DNA of 64,000 nucleotides from contig OX597833.1 in assembly GCA_951406725.2 (NCBI GenBank), forward strand, positions 8,370,001-8,434,000, read 5' to 3'. A program made the translations under genes and the position numbers. The notes beneath the pieces were generated by a model. The model was not told the DNA's origin. It was given only the letters and a program-made list of their open reading frames with translations, and searched no databases. Position 1 is the first letter of the stretch, and each line of letters starts with the position of its first letter. Origin of the DNA: Octopus vulgaris. Taxonomy: Eukaryota. This document shows positions 29,041-41,879 of this stretch, piece after piece.

Positions 29041-30152
29041 GAAACAAATGAATTCTGCAGATCGTTCAGCAAAAACTGAACACTCAAACATCTTCTTCAA
29101 TGGGAGAGTCCAATGTCACCCACGTTACCATTTTATGCACTGCACAAGCCATCAGGGTCTGAGCCAGTTCATTTTTTTTTGGGGGGGGGACCCCTGCCTT
29201 CCTGGTCAGGTCAAAAGACATCTTTCTTGTATGTTCATATTTGGTGTTGTTTTCTACAGACGGCCACCCTTCCAGAGACCAACCACTTCATAGAGTTCAA
29301 TGGTTGCCTTTTACCATGAAACCAGCTCCAGGGAGGCTGCTCCACTCTCCATTCCATGATGTTTCTGTCCATTCAAAAATTCAGTTTAAAATACCATCCC
29401 AAGTTAAGTGAATGGCATTCAATGGTGAGGTGTATGGAGCAGAGAGGGTCAGTCAGACAGAATGTCATCTCTGGAAGCATGGAGAGTATGGTGCGGGGAA
29501 TAGGAGAGAGGGTGAGTGGAGAGAGAGTGGGCGCCCGTGTGTTTATGTGTATGTGATCTATAAATGTGCGTGAGGTCAGCATGGAGCAGACCACAGCCAA
29601 CACAAGGACTGGACCTTATTTTGTCCCCCCCCCGCCCGACCCCTACCAACTTCACACATTTTCCATTCTCTATTCCCCCCTTACCCTTCTCCCTTTATTT
29701 CTCTTCTACATTCACGTGACCACTGACAATATGAAAGAGAAGGGACCTTTGTTTCGAGATGGCAGACCCTGATTGACCTCTCACCTGACAACTGAGTGCT
29801 GGACATTAAGGACCGAAGAGTTATCTGCCCTTCGTCCACCAACTTTGCTCCAGCCTGGTCTGGCAACTGCTTCTTTGCCACATCACTTACATGCCTCTAC
29901 CTCCCACCCCACAGAGACACACAGACACACCAGTGTTTATACTACTATGGTAACCACTTTACACTGTTTAGCAGCCTTAGGCAAGTTTATTAACTACAGA
30001 CTTCTGGCATGGATTCCATTCCAACAACACTCTAACACTACTCTACTGCACCGTACTACAACACCACTCCACAACACTGCACCACCCAATCTACCACACC
30101 GTGACACCCTCTCTCCAACAGACACAACAACAAGAGGAAGATGATGACGTAC

Positions 30153-30303
30153 CTGTTCAGGTGTTAATCCAGTGAAACAGAACATACCAATTTGGTCAGT
30201 GACATGTTGCCAGTTCTTGGAAGAACCTTCTTTAGCCAAACCTTCCACTAATTTCGTTCTCATACCAATGATACGGTCAGCCATACCTTTCACCTCGGTC
30301 AAC
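30153..30303 (-). CDS. GOT2: GOT2 exon 10
   Basis: (W)[50 protein letters not shown]; AG acceptor and GTACGT donor; 151 nt. Confidence 0.97.
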
Positions 30304-30413
30304 CTGAAAACAACAACACAAACGTAATCACAGTCATTTTAAATATAGACATAATTATATATATATATATATATATAAATATACGCATATATACATACAT
30401 ATATATATATACC

Positions 30414-30456
<43 letters not shown>

Positions 30457-30867
30457 CCCATATATATATATATATATAAATAATATATAAATATATGCAT
30501 ATATACATACATATATGTACGTACCTATATCTACATGTATATATACATGCATATATGGGTAGAGGGCATAAAAAAACTGTTGAACACAAGAAATGAAAAC
30601 ATAAAAACAAAAACATAGAAAACGAACTTTTTTTCAAACAACGAAAAAACAGAGAAACGAGACATGCAACATAAAGAATATTCCCCTTCATCAGGTGTCC
30701 CTGTTTCATCTACTCTGCGTTATATATATATATATATATATATAATTATGTTTCAATGAAGTCACGTATTGTCCTTGCCTTCAAAATGCAGAGTGGATGA
30801 AACAGGGGCAACTGATGAAGGGGAATATTCTTTATGTTGCATGTCTCATTTCTCTGTTTGATTTTTC

Positions 30868-31345
30868 ATTATTTATCATAGTCCTCCAGGCAATAACAGA
30901 GGAATTCAAGACAGGATGCCCCTGGGAGCTCCTCCATGCCAACGACCTTGCTCTAATTGCTGAGTCACTTTCAGAACTAGAAGAGAAGTTTCAAGTCTGG
31001 AAACAAGGATTAGAATCGAAGGGCCTTAGAGTCAACCTAGCTAAAACCAAAGTCTTAATAAGTAGGAAGGTAGGCAAACCACAAATCCCTTCAGGTAGAT
31101 GGCCCTGCTCGATCTGTAGAAAAGGCATAGGTAGAAACTCCATACAATGTACCCAGTGTAAGCTATGGACACATAAGAGGTGCAGCAATATCAAAGGAAG
31201 GCTAACTGGGAAGATAGTTTTTGTATGTGGCAGATGCTCAGGAGCAATAAACACTGAAAATGTGCAGAGAACATCTTCCGTCACTTTCCAGGGAGAAAAA
31301 ACTAGAAGTAGTTGATAGCTTCCGTTACCTAGGTGACCAAGTAGG
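30868..31345 (+). mobile_element. RTE-clade LINE reverse-transcriptase fragment
   Basis: LFIIVLQAITEEFKTGCPWELLHANDLALIAES...GLRVNLAKTKVL (YADD decayed to HAND), a Cys cluster, then LEVVDSFRYLGDQ after a frameshift. Confidence 0.85.
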
Positions 31346-31454
31346 AGTAATTTCTGTAAAGGCTTGTAACACAGTTGTAACTCAGCAACAGAGTAATTAA
31401 GAATGTGACAGATTGAAAAGAAAGACTGAATTTTAAGAGAAAGAAACACCTTAC

Positions 31455-31620
31455 CATTGTGCATTAAGTTCAGGTGTGGTGAGGATGGTCTTCACGAGTC
31501 TGGCACCATGGACTGGAGGGTTGGAATACATGGGTCGGATAATGATCTTCACCTGTGACATAACTCTTGCAGCTTCATCAGCATCAGAACAGATGAGGGT
31601 GAATGCTCCAGCTCTTTCAC
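31455..31620 (-). CDS. GOT2: GOT2 exon 9
   Basis: (G)[54 protein letters not shown]+TG; AG acceptor and GTAAGG donor; 166 nt. Confidence 0.97.
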
Positions 31621-32069
31621 CTGTAATTAAGACATCACCATGGTAACAAAGATGTGCATATTGTGTGCTTGTGTATGCATGTGGCGGGAGGAGAGGATCC
31701 TGGAAAAGCTAAGATTATAACAGATTTAATTAAAATATTCACAGAGTATTTTAATGAGGACATCTGGAAACACCATCCACACACACACACACACACGAGC
31801 TCCTCTTAGTTTCCATGCACCAATTCTGCTCAAAAAGTGGTGCTCGGTTCAAGGCTACAGTAGGAGACCTTTGCCCAAGATGGCACGATGTGGGACTGAA
31901 CCTGAAAACTTCATAACCACATGGCCATGCTTCTGCCTTCAACACATTATATGTGAAAATAGTGTCAAGTACCTAATTAGTGCACCAACACCATCACCAC
32001 CAAATCCTTCCTCATTGTTCCTAGACCTCATTTTTTTTTGGTTGTTTTTCTACAGGATACAAAGGGGTG

Positions 32070-32305
32070 GAAGGCGGTGAGCTGGCAGAATCGTTAGCAT
32101 GTTGGGTAAAATACTTAGCAGTATTTCGCCTGCCGTTGCGTTCTGAGTTCAAATTCCGCTGAGGTCGACTTTGCCATTCATCCTTCCGGGGTCGATTAAA
32201 TAAGTACCAGTTACGCACTGGGGTCGATATAATCGACTTAATCCGTTTATCTGTCCTTGTTTGTCCTCTCTGTGGTTAGCCCCTTGTGGACAGTAAAAAA
32301 ATAGG
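32070..32305 (+). mobile_element. tRNA-derived SINE family B
   Basis: gagctggcagaatcgttagc...gagttcaaattcc...tcatccttccggggtcgattaaataagtaccag. Related copies lie at ~34420-34640, 38570-38760, 39725-39940, 51195-51395 and 55060-55262. Confidence 0.8.
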
Positions 32306-32516
32306 TATAAAGGGGTGGGGGTGTTTACAGTGAGTTGAAGTAGAATTAGTATCGATCTTTATTGATACAGTCCACCAGTGACTGGTCTATGTCGTTGCCC
32401 TAACAATAACGAAGTGAGCTGGCCCTGCAATGTGGCAAGCGCACACAGAGGACAACCGAACTTTAGGACAATATTTCAAGAAACAACCCATGAACAAGGA
32501 AACCAGAAGAACTTAC

Positions 32517-32703
32517 CATAAAGTCCCATGTTTTTAGCAAAAGACTGACAAAGAGACACTTGATGACCGTCTTCAATGAACTTGCGCACAGCAAAGGCAT
32601 CTTTCTTCGTATCTCCACTGGCGAAACCTTGGTAAGCCATGTCAAAGAATGGGAAGATCTTCCGTGATTTGATGACGCTGCTCATTTCAGCCCATTGTTC
32701 TGG
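32517..32703 (-). CDS. GOT2: GOT2 exon 8 (PLP-binding Lys)
   Basis: [62 protein letters not shown]+G. Contains DxAYQGF and SFAKNMGLY; the catalytic Lys codon is at 32533-32535; 187 nt. Confidence 0.98.
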
Positions 32704-32801
32704 CTGGAAGCAAACATTGAACATAATCTTTGTTACTTGGAGACATGACAGTTAAACGAAAATTATTATATAAACTTAAAACAGCATTACTTTAAAATAG
32801 C

Positions 32802-32833
<32 letters not shown>

Positions 32834-33134
32834 ATAATAAATATATATATATATAATATCCATACTTACATATATATTAAATTCATGATTAAATCCAATC
32901 ATCATCGTATAACGTCCATTCTATTATATTAAAAAAACATGGGTTAATTAATTAATTAATTAATAAAATAATACATGGAATATAAAAATATGCATTCATA
33001 CATATATATCTATATTTTCTATATATATAAAATTTATAAGTTTAAATTATTTTTAACTTTTATATTTTTAAATTAATTTTATGTATTGGCTTATGTTTTT
33101 CACTGTGATGTGCCTAATTTAATATACGTATCCA

Positions 33135-33179
<45 letters not shown>

Positions 33180-34040
33180 TTATAAGAAGTAGAATGGTGA
33201 CAGATGCAGGATTTTGTTTGAGAGAACAACTTTTACTTTGAGACTTTGAGGAGTTCCTAATCAGCTCCAAATGATCAGGGGTGTCTGTCACTGAGAAGGC
33301 AAAATTAAGTTGTAACAGCAGTGTCTGACAGTCTGCTGATGTCAATTGGAACATGTTTTTTAATGCACAACGTCTCCAAAGACAATTGTTCTTTGAGACA
33401 AAAAGCTTGAGGTTGGCACCATTCTGTCCATGTAAACGGTATACACGATATCCACCGCATTCACCTCTATCCCCCATCCCTAGCCATCAGCCAATCTCTT
33501 TTCACATCCCCTCTTTTTATTCTTCCTTTATAGTCCCCTTCTTGTACCTTAAAGTTATGCCATCACACCCACCCCTTCTTTTCTCTCTCTCCAGCTGAAG
33601 TAGCCATGGGTCTCCCCTTCAGCCAGGCACCTGTTCCTGTCCTTCTGTCATACATTAGCCTCTCGGTACCCAGCATGAAGCCACTATACCCACTTAGTTG
33701 AGAGAAGGGCCTTGTCTTGTGAGCTACATGCAGACCCAGGACTAAACAAGGAGACATTAAACAATGTAGTCTTAGATACACTATGACTGAATAAAGAACA
33801 CAACGGTCATGGCTGGAACGCCTCCGATGAAAGGTTTGTTACATGCAGACAGACTAGAGGTAAATGACATGAATAATGTAGTCCTAGATACACTGTACCA
33901 GATTAAAAAGCAAGATGATCACAGCTTGAATATCTCTGATTAAAGGTGGGTTGAATGACGGCTAACTCAACAATAAACAACAATAACTACTGAGATAAAA
34001 GTCTGAATTTAAAGACCTAGACAACCGTGTAACAGGGTCA

Positions 34041-34175
<135 letters not shown>

Positions 34176-34640
34176 TTAGTTATTTACATCAATCAAACAT
34201 GACTTTTAAAGTGGAGGTTTGCAAGTTCAAACCCAGCTGCCAGAAAATATTCAGACTGAAACAAACTAGAAAGATTTTTTAAAATCCAGATTCAGGTTTC
34301 TCTTCTCTTCTGCCTGATTTGCATACATTTGTCCCAGCCTCTGCAAAACCACATCTTACACACAACATTATCACCATGTATTATCATTATTTCTTCTACT
34401 ACTACTAATAATAATAATATCCTTTCTGCTGTAGGCAAAAGGGCTGAAATTTTAAGGTAAGGGGTCTAGTTGATTACATCAATCCAAGGGCTCAACTGGT
34501 ATTTATTTCATTGACCCTGAAAGGAGAGAAGGCAAAATCAACTTTGGTGGAATCTGAACTCAGAGTGTAAACACTGACAAAATGTTTAAAAGTATCTTGT
34601 CCACAGTGTGCTAATGATCCTGCCTGCTCACCACCTTTAC

Positions 34641-34672
<32 letters not shown>

Positions 34673-34714
34673 TCGTTATAATTGTAGCAGCAGCAGGAGG
34701 AGGAGTGGAATCCT

Positions 34715-35270
34715 CGATTAATGTCAACTGTCCATGTTGCCTTGGGTTGGATGGTTTTACAGAAAACTGGTAACCTGGGAAGCTGCACCAGGCTCCAGTC
34801 TGATCTGGCAGTGTTTCTACAGCTGGATGCCCTTCCTAATGCCAACCACTCCGTGAGTGTAGTGGGTGCTTTTTACGTGCCACCGGCACAGGTGCAAGGC
34901 GAGGCTGGCAACGGCCACGATCGGATGGTGCTTTTTACGTTCCACTGGCACGGAAGCCAGTCAAGGCAGCGCTGGCATCAGCCACGATTCAGATAGCGCT
35001 TTTTACGTACCACCAGTCCAGGGGTCCCGGCAACTGCCGGGTGCCAGTCATAGGATTGGTTCAATTTCGATTCCGATTACTAATAATAATAATAATAATA
35101 TCGTTATAGTAGTAGTAGTAGTTGGATGGTTTTACAGAAAACTGGTAACCTGGGGAGCTGCACCAGGCTCTGATCTGATCTGGCAGTGTTTCTGCAGCTG
35201 GATGCCCTTCCTAATGCCAACCACTCTGAGAGTGTAGGGGGTGCTTTTTATGTGCCACCTGCACAGGAGG
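34715..35270 (-). mobile_element. Two tandem SINE family C copies
   Basis: 34715-35060 and 35123-35270 share the private variant ttggatggttttacagaaaactggtaacctgg. Confidence 0.8.
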
Positions 35271-35899
35271 CAGTCAGGGGACACTCGCATCGCCTGACTG
35301 ACCAGTAGCATTTATTAATTTGATTTTAACCGAATTATGTCGATAGCACAATCACTGTGTGCATTTAGAGAAACATTGAAATTATCGCAGGTAGAGATGG
35401 GGTGGGTGGCAAGGAAAGATCTTGAGACTCCCATCTATATTGACTGATAAAAACTCCAGAAACATGGAGGGATAACACACAAGGAAGCTCTGTTAGGTCA
35501 GAGGTTCAGAATGGTCAAGAAGAGAACCAGCACTGAATCAGGCTTGAGATTCTGCGAATTAAGGACTGATGCTGCTAAGATTTAGAAATCCTTCAAATAT
35601 TTTGGTGCAAAACCAAAAAATTCACTGACGGATAATAGAAAATATATTGAAAATTATTCAAAGAGAGTTCAAAGCCTCCTCTCAGTTCTACAAAATCATT
35701 TGACAAAATCTGCAGAACTCCTGTCAACGTGCAGGATGGACATGAGACAAGATGTTTTGATTGAGGTGGATACTTTTCACTGATGTTTGGTTCTGAAGGA
35801 ATTTTCTGGACGGAATAAAATTACAATAATCCAAATGAAAGCCACAAAAACAACAAAGAAAAATTTCTAAGAGAAAACAACAAGAAAAAGGAAACTCAC

Positions 35900-35987
35900 C
35901 GATATGTCTTCCATGGCACCGGCAAAATCAAAGCCACATGTTTTAGGGTCATAATATCGATAAGACTTCACTTCAAGACCAGAATGT
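35900..35987 (-). CDS. GOT2: GOT2 exon 6
   Basis: A+[29 protein letters not shown]; TAG acceptor and GTGAGT donor; 88 nt. Confidence 0.96.
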
Positions 35988-36682
35988 CTAAAAGAACACA
36001 AAGAGAAAACAGAATTCTTCGTAAATATTCTTCACTCTGTAAAGATGGCTGGCTTCACAGCCACAATGGTTCTGTGGTACCTCGGGCAAAAGTCTTCTAA
36101 CAGGTCTTTGGGTGGACCATTTCCTTATGAGTGAAATTTTAATGGGTTGGAAACTACAGAAGCCCAATGTACAAGTGAGTAAAATGTGTTGTGTAAGAGT
36201 AAGGAGTAAGAAGCCGAACATTCGAACAGAAATGTCTTACATTAGTAATACCCAAGTTATCTCCCCCTTACAGAAGCACCTCAAATCACGTGCCAAGTAC
36301 AGGGACACCAATAGGATTGACTGACGGCCTTCAAGGTGGTGCTGCAGCCTGGCCACAGCCTCGTGAATGAAACGAAAAAAAAAGAAATAAAGAAAAAATG
36401 GAGAGTAATTTATAGAGAAAGATAAGAATATTTCCTTTGGGAATATATTTGAAAATGTTCCCTGCCATGGGGACAGGAATGGCCATGTGGTTAAGAAATT
36501 CCCTCTGTAACCACATGATTGTGAGTTCAGTCTCACAACAAAGCATCTTGTACCAGTATTTCCTCACCTTAAACTCCAGGCTGAGCTAATCAATGACCAG
36601 CGATGGAACTTGGAAGACAAAATTACAGGATGCCAACAGCGTACGTACATGTGTGTGTGTGTGTGTGTGAAAGTTAACATTA

Positions 36683-36883
36683 CTCTTTTACTTGTTTCAG
36701 TCATTTGACTGCGGCCATGCTGGAGCACCGCCTTTAATCAAGCAACTCGACCCGGGACTTATCCTTTTGTAAGCCCAGTACTTATTCTATCAGTCTCTTT
36801 TGCCGTACCGCTAAGTAACGGGGACATAAACACACCAGCATCGGTTGTCAAGCAATGCTAGGTGGACAAACACAGACACCCAA

Positions 36884-36952
<69 letters not shown>

Positions 36953-37114
36953 TACGACAGGCTTCTTTCAGTTTCCGTCTACCAAATCCACTCACAAGGC
37001 TTTGGTCTGCCCGAGGCTATAGTAGAAGACACTTGCCCAAGGTGCCACACAGTGGGACTGAACCCGGAACCATGTGGTTGGTAAGCAAGCTACTTACCAC
37101 ACAGCCACTCCTGC
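36683..37114 (-). mobile_element. SINE family A, near full length
   Basis: Head, internal (TA)n and tail all present. Confidence 0.88.
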
Positions 37115-37675
37115 CCATTCTACAGAGTTGCTACATGAAAACAGTGGATGGTGCTTACATTCCTTGTAGCGATTACAACTGGTTGCTCTTTGCTTTCAAA
37201 GACATCCTCATCATCTCACACTCTCATTCTTCTTCTCTCACTCTCCAACTCATTCCTCTGTTTTCCGACTGGAGGATCCATGTCTCTGCTCCACAACACA
37301 ACACTTATATTTCTCCCTTCTATACCTTAAATCTCTCAACTGAAACAAAACCCCATACCTTCAATACTACTCCCAGTCGAGGGCTGCTTGGTGACCCTAT
37401 TAGTGCTGGTTCTATGTAAAAAGCTGGGTGGTTGGCATTAAAAAGGGCATCCAGCTGTAGAAACCAAGCCAGAGCAGACAATTGGAGCCTGGTGTGAATT
37501 GAAAATGTTTGTCTTTTGGTCAGTCAAGGAAGCAGCATTCTATCCTTGTTTAAGGACACTAACGAAAATAGCTGCACTAAGATTTGAACTTAACACCCTG
37601 TGCAGTCAATAATCCATCTTAACCACACAACTACACCACTTCATATCAGAAAATGGACATTAAATGATGATGATG

Positions 37676-37708
<33 letters not shown>

Positions 37709-37980
37709 TACACCCTATCCAATGAACAATACTAAATATGTGGGAGGTATGTGTAAGGTTGATGGACTCAATGCCACAATGGCAGCTATGATACAGCAAC
37801 AACAACAAAAAGAAGACTGCGTAAGGTTTAGGGTGAGTTTAATGATGGAACAAGCAACACAAAACAATAACAACAAAACTACGTTTTTAAAATAAATGGG
37901 GGAAAAAAAACAGTTGTAAACAAAAAGAATTAATTTCAAACAAAAGTGAAAAAAAAAACAGAAAAAAAATGTAGATTTAC

Positions 37981-38054
37981 TTCAATATCGGTGTGTGGTT
38001 GCCCCAGGATGGTGACGGGATGTAGAAATCTTTAGATTTGCTGTGCCATTTAGA
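37981..38054 (-). CDS. GOT2: GOT2 exon 5
   Basis: SKWHSKSKDFYIPSPSWGNHTPIL+AA (conserved PSWGNH); AG/GT; 74 nt. Confidence 0.95.
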
Positions 38055-38806
38055 CTGAAAATATACAGAAGAGAGAGAAGAGTTCCAATTAGACAATGTC
38101 ACCCACACACACACACACAAATCTGGTGGTCATTCCAATGATACATATTGCCACACAATTCATACATTTTCACAACAACATCACAACACATATTTTACCA
38201 CATTCATACATCACAACAATATTCCCATCTTGTGACAACATGGACATGCAGCAATTCCTACATGATGTAACATCATTTTACATCTGCTGTTCACAAAAAC
38301 ATGGATTAGACTCACTGACAACATTCACATGATGGTACAACACTTGTTCTTTACAATATTCCCATGTGGTGATGATGCTCACATGTAACAATATTTTCAT
38401 GTTGGAACATCACCATTTTCTGTCTAGTTTTCATGAAGGTAAGGATTGGACAACAGGCAACATGTACGTGCTTTTCACACCATAACAACATCCACATGTT
38501 GTAACTATTGCCACATGGGACAATATTTAAATATTACAGCAGAGATTACGACGCATTAAAATAATGGATTCTAATTTTGGTATGAGGCCAATAATGTTGA
38601 GAGGTGGGGGTTAATTGATATCACTGACCCCAGCACATGACTGGTACTTTATTTTCTCAACCTTGAAAAGATGAAAAGCAAAGCTGACCTCAGAATGTAA
38701 AGAGAGACAACATGCCATTAAACATTTTGCCCAGCACACTAACAATTCTGCCAGCATCTCTACTTTAATAATACTACTACTAATAATAATAATAATAATA
38801 ATAATA

Positions 38807-39352
38807 GTACCAGGCAGTGGCTCTCCTGGCTTCTGATCTTAACTGATTGGAAGTGTTATCATGTACATTGTTTTGTCTTGGTATAAAAGATTGGCTACAG
38901 CAAATATTCTGCTCAATACCACAGATTTGCTTGTCAGTTGTTTGACCTTAACCAGTTGACTATGTCCCTTAGTGGCTGACAATATGTGCATCTCTGATCA
39001 CGAGCAGAAGTAGTGGAGGAGCATCATAGCCATGTGTTGAGAAGGATTCTTTGGGGTTTGAATAATTCACATCTGGAAACATGAGTGTTTTGTTCAACAT
39101 CATTAAACAATCCTTATTCAGGGACCTTTTGAGCGGGATGGGCTACTCAACCACAAGAAAATTCTAACCGAGTCCCACCTGCAAGGTCATGCACTGTTTA
39201 TATTGATATGAGATCACCATGTCACGCACATATGGTTGTGATGCATGTGCCTGGTGTACCTTTATCAGACGGGTAGTCATGGTGGGTATACTGGGCTTCG
39301 TATATTTTACCCCAGTGTCACTTTGATGGCATGCACTGCTCTCTCACTCATT
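38807..39352. mobile_element. Interspersed retroposon-like repeat inserted in (AAT)n beside the GOT2 exon 4 donor
   Basis: About 550-bp complex block flanked on both sides by (AAT)n; family not identified. Confidence 0.45.
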
Positions 39353-39370
39353 AATAATAATAATACTTAC

Positions 39371-39430
39371 AAAGTAAGCAGCACCAATTCGTAAAGCACC
39401 GGTTCCAGATATTGATTGGACTGTGACATT
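39371..39430 (-). CDS. GOT2: GOT2 exon 4
   Basis: NVTVQSISGTGALRIGAAYF (PLP phosphate-binding SGTGAL motif); ttcag acceptor and GTAAGT donor; 60 nt. Confidence 0.96.
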
Positions 39431-39964
39431 CTGAAATGAAAAACAAAAATAAAGAATTAAAACCTAATCAAATCAAAGTTTTGTCTAGAAACAGAAGATA
39501 TTTTGAACTGATGAAGAACAGAAATAAGAATATACCAAAGTCTGAGACTAAATGATATTCAATTCTTGACAACATCATTCGGAATTGTTCTAAAACAATC
39601 TGGGAAATATGTGGAACTGATTCCCAGAAATGTTCCAATTCTGACTGAATTGGGCCTCCTTTTAGATTTAAAAGCTAAAGTTGACCCTTGCAAGGTTTAT
39701 TATTATTATTAATAATAATAATAATAATTTATTTCTTTATTGCCCACACAAACAAGGACAGACAAACGGATTAACTTGATTCCATCGACACCAGTGCGTA
39801 ACTGGTACCTAATTTATCGACCTCGAAAGGATGAAAAGCAAAGTCGACCTTGGCGGAATTTGATCTCAGAATGTGAAGACAGACAAAATGTTTAGCTGCA
39901 TTTTGTCCAGTTTGCTAATGATTCTTGCCAGCTCACTGCAACAACAACAACAATAATAATAATA

Positions 39965-40310
39965 AGAGCACTCAGAGAGTGCAAACCTCCACTAAGGTCC
40001 TCTCAACGATTAGCCAGAGAGGATTTTTTAAAATGAGAATATCTGAAATAAACTTGACTGCTCTCACAAACGAAAATACTAAAAATGAACCTGACTGAAC
40101 TAAAAAATTAAGTAAAAAAACAGGAAAAATAATCCAGGATCCTTGTCCAGTACCAGATTGATCCCAGAATCTAATCAGTTTGTGCCAGTAACGAGGCCAA
40201 ACATCCCTGAAAGTTTCCTTCGAATCCATCCAGTGGTTCTTGAGATATCTTGTCCATGGACAAACAAACACGACTGAAAACAATACCTCCACCTTCGCTA
40301 AGGTGGTGGT
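39965..40310. mobile_element. Helentron/DINE-like non-autonomous element
   Basis: Subterminal repeat acctccactaagg ... acctccaccttcgctaaggtgg with a terminal hairpin, and an acaaac microrepeat near the end. Confidence 0.5.
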
Positions 40311-40318
40311 GGTGGTGG

Positions 40319-40352
<34 letters not shown>

Positions 40353-40398
40353 AATAATAATAATAATAATAGTAATAATAACAATGCTATGATCCTAC

Positions 40399-40527
40399 CA
40401 GTTTGTTTGTGATAACTGGGCTGTCAGTTCCAAAGGCCAGTTTGGCAACAGATGAACAATACTCCGCATCTCCACCGATTGGAGAATATTCTTTGTCCAA
40501 ATTGGCAGCAACAACCATTTCCTCAGC
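40399..40527 (-). CDS. GOT2: GOT2 exon 3
   Basis: AEEMVVAANLDKEYSPIGGDAEYCSSVAKLAFGTDSPVITNKL; AG/GT flanks; 129 nt. Confidence 0.95.
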
Positions 40528-40672
40528 CTGGAATAAATTAGAAATAATGGATTCAGGAATTTTTGTATTTTTGGTTGATGCAAATTAATAAATGATTGAT
40601 TTATAGAAAATTGGTCGAAGGAATAACAGAGAAAACACACACACACACACACATGCATGTATATATATATAT

Positions 40673-41048
40673 CTTTTACTTGTTTTAGTCATTTGACGGT
40701 GGCCATGCTGGGGCACTGCCTTGAAAGATTTAGTCAAAGAAATTGATCCCAGTATTTTTTAAACCTGGTACTTATTCTAACAGCCTTTCTTACCAAACGC
40801 CAGTTTATGGGGATATAAACAAACCAACACCAGTTGTCAAATGGTGATGGGGAAATAATGCACACACACACACATGTGTATATATGATGGGCTTCTTTCA
40901 GTTTCCACCAACCAAATCCACTCACAAGGCTTTGGTCAGCCCAGTCTTGTATAGTGGAAGACACTTGCCTAAAGTTCTACACAGTGGGACTGAACCTGGA
41001 ACTACCTGGTTGGGAAGGAAACCTCTTACCACACAGCCACACCTGCAC
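40673..41048 (-). mobile_element. SINE family A
   Basis: Diverged reverse-complement copy. Confidence 0.8.
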
Positions 41049-41064
41049 CTCTCTCTCTCTCTCT

Positions 41065-41158
<94 letters not shown>

Positions 41159-41374
41159 CACACAAACACACACATACAAGTACTGGGGATGATTTATACA
41201 CACACATCTCTGTTGATGCAATCCAAGTAAATGTTTTAATTTACAAATCTATCCAACCCACACTGCTGCCACACAGAATAATGTGGCCAATACCAGCTGA
41301 ATTGATATTCCCCAGGGAAGTCTCAACCATTGTTGAACCAAGAGTAAATAAACAAGAAAGAAACCCCTTTTTAC

Positions 41375-41531
41375 CTTCCTCACAGATGGAAGAATGTAAG
41401 GTTTGCCGTTGTCGTCTCTGTAGGCACCAACACCAAGGTTCATCTTTTTGGGGTTGTTGTCTTTCTTGAAAGCTTCTGTGACCCCAAGGATGACATCTGG
41501 GGGTCCCATTTCCACATTGGACCACCATGAT
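41375..41531 (-). CDS. GOT2: GOT2 exon 2
   Basis: ttcttcag acceptor; [52 protein letters not shown], the mAspAT N-terminus; GTAAAA donor; 157 nt. Confidence 0.97.
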
Positions 41532-41879
41532 CTGAAGAAAGCAAGACAAAGACAATTTTGAACAGGACAAACATGTCTACCTATGGTTGTTATTATTGTT
41601 ATTATTATTATTAACCCTTATATGCCCATAAAAAAATGGAATCTTTAAAATTTCACTGCATTTAGATTAAACGTTATGGTCAGCTTCCACAATCTGAAAG
41701 AGAAGGACAGGATGCAACTGTTAGCTACAGGTGTCGACTCCCTACTGGACATTTCGTAACCTCGGTCAGATGCTTCCGGGCCAGTTTATGTCCAAACAAG
41801 AAGCAGCGGAAGATTACTATTTGTAAATCTCACAATGAGAGCTATTCAGCAACAGTACTTTGGAGTAAAGATTATTTGC

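Noticed and set aside
28769-29293. Recurring 'MDGSTGVWEARR..QSDLAVFLQLDALPNANHS' ORFs resembling a small gene family
   Set aside because: They are translations of SINE family C copies, with variable frames and stops.
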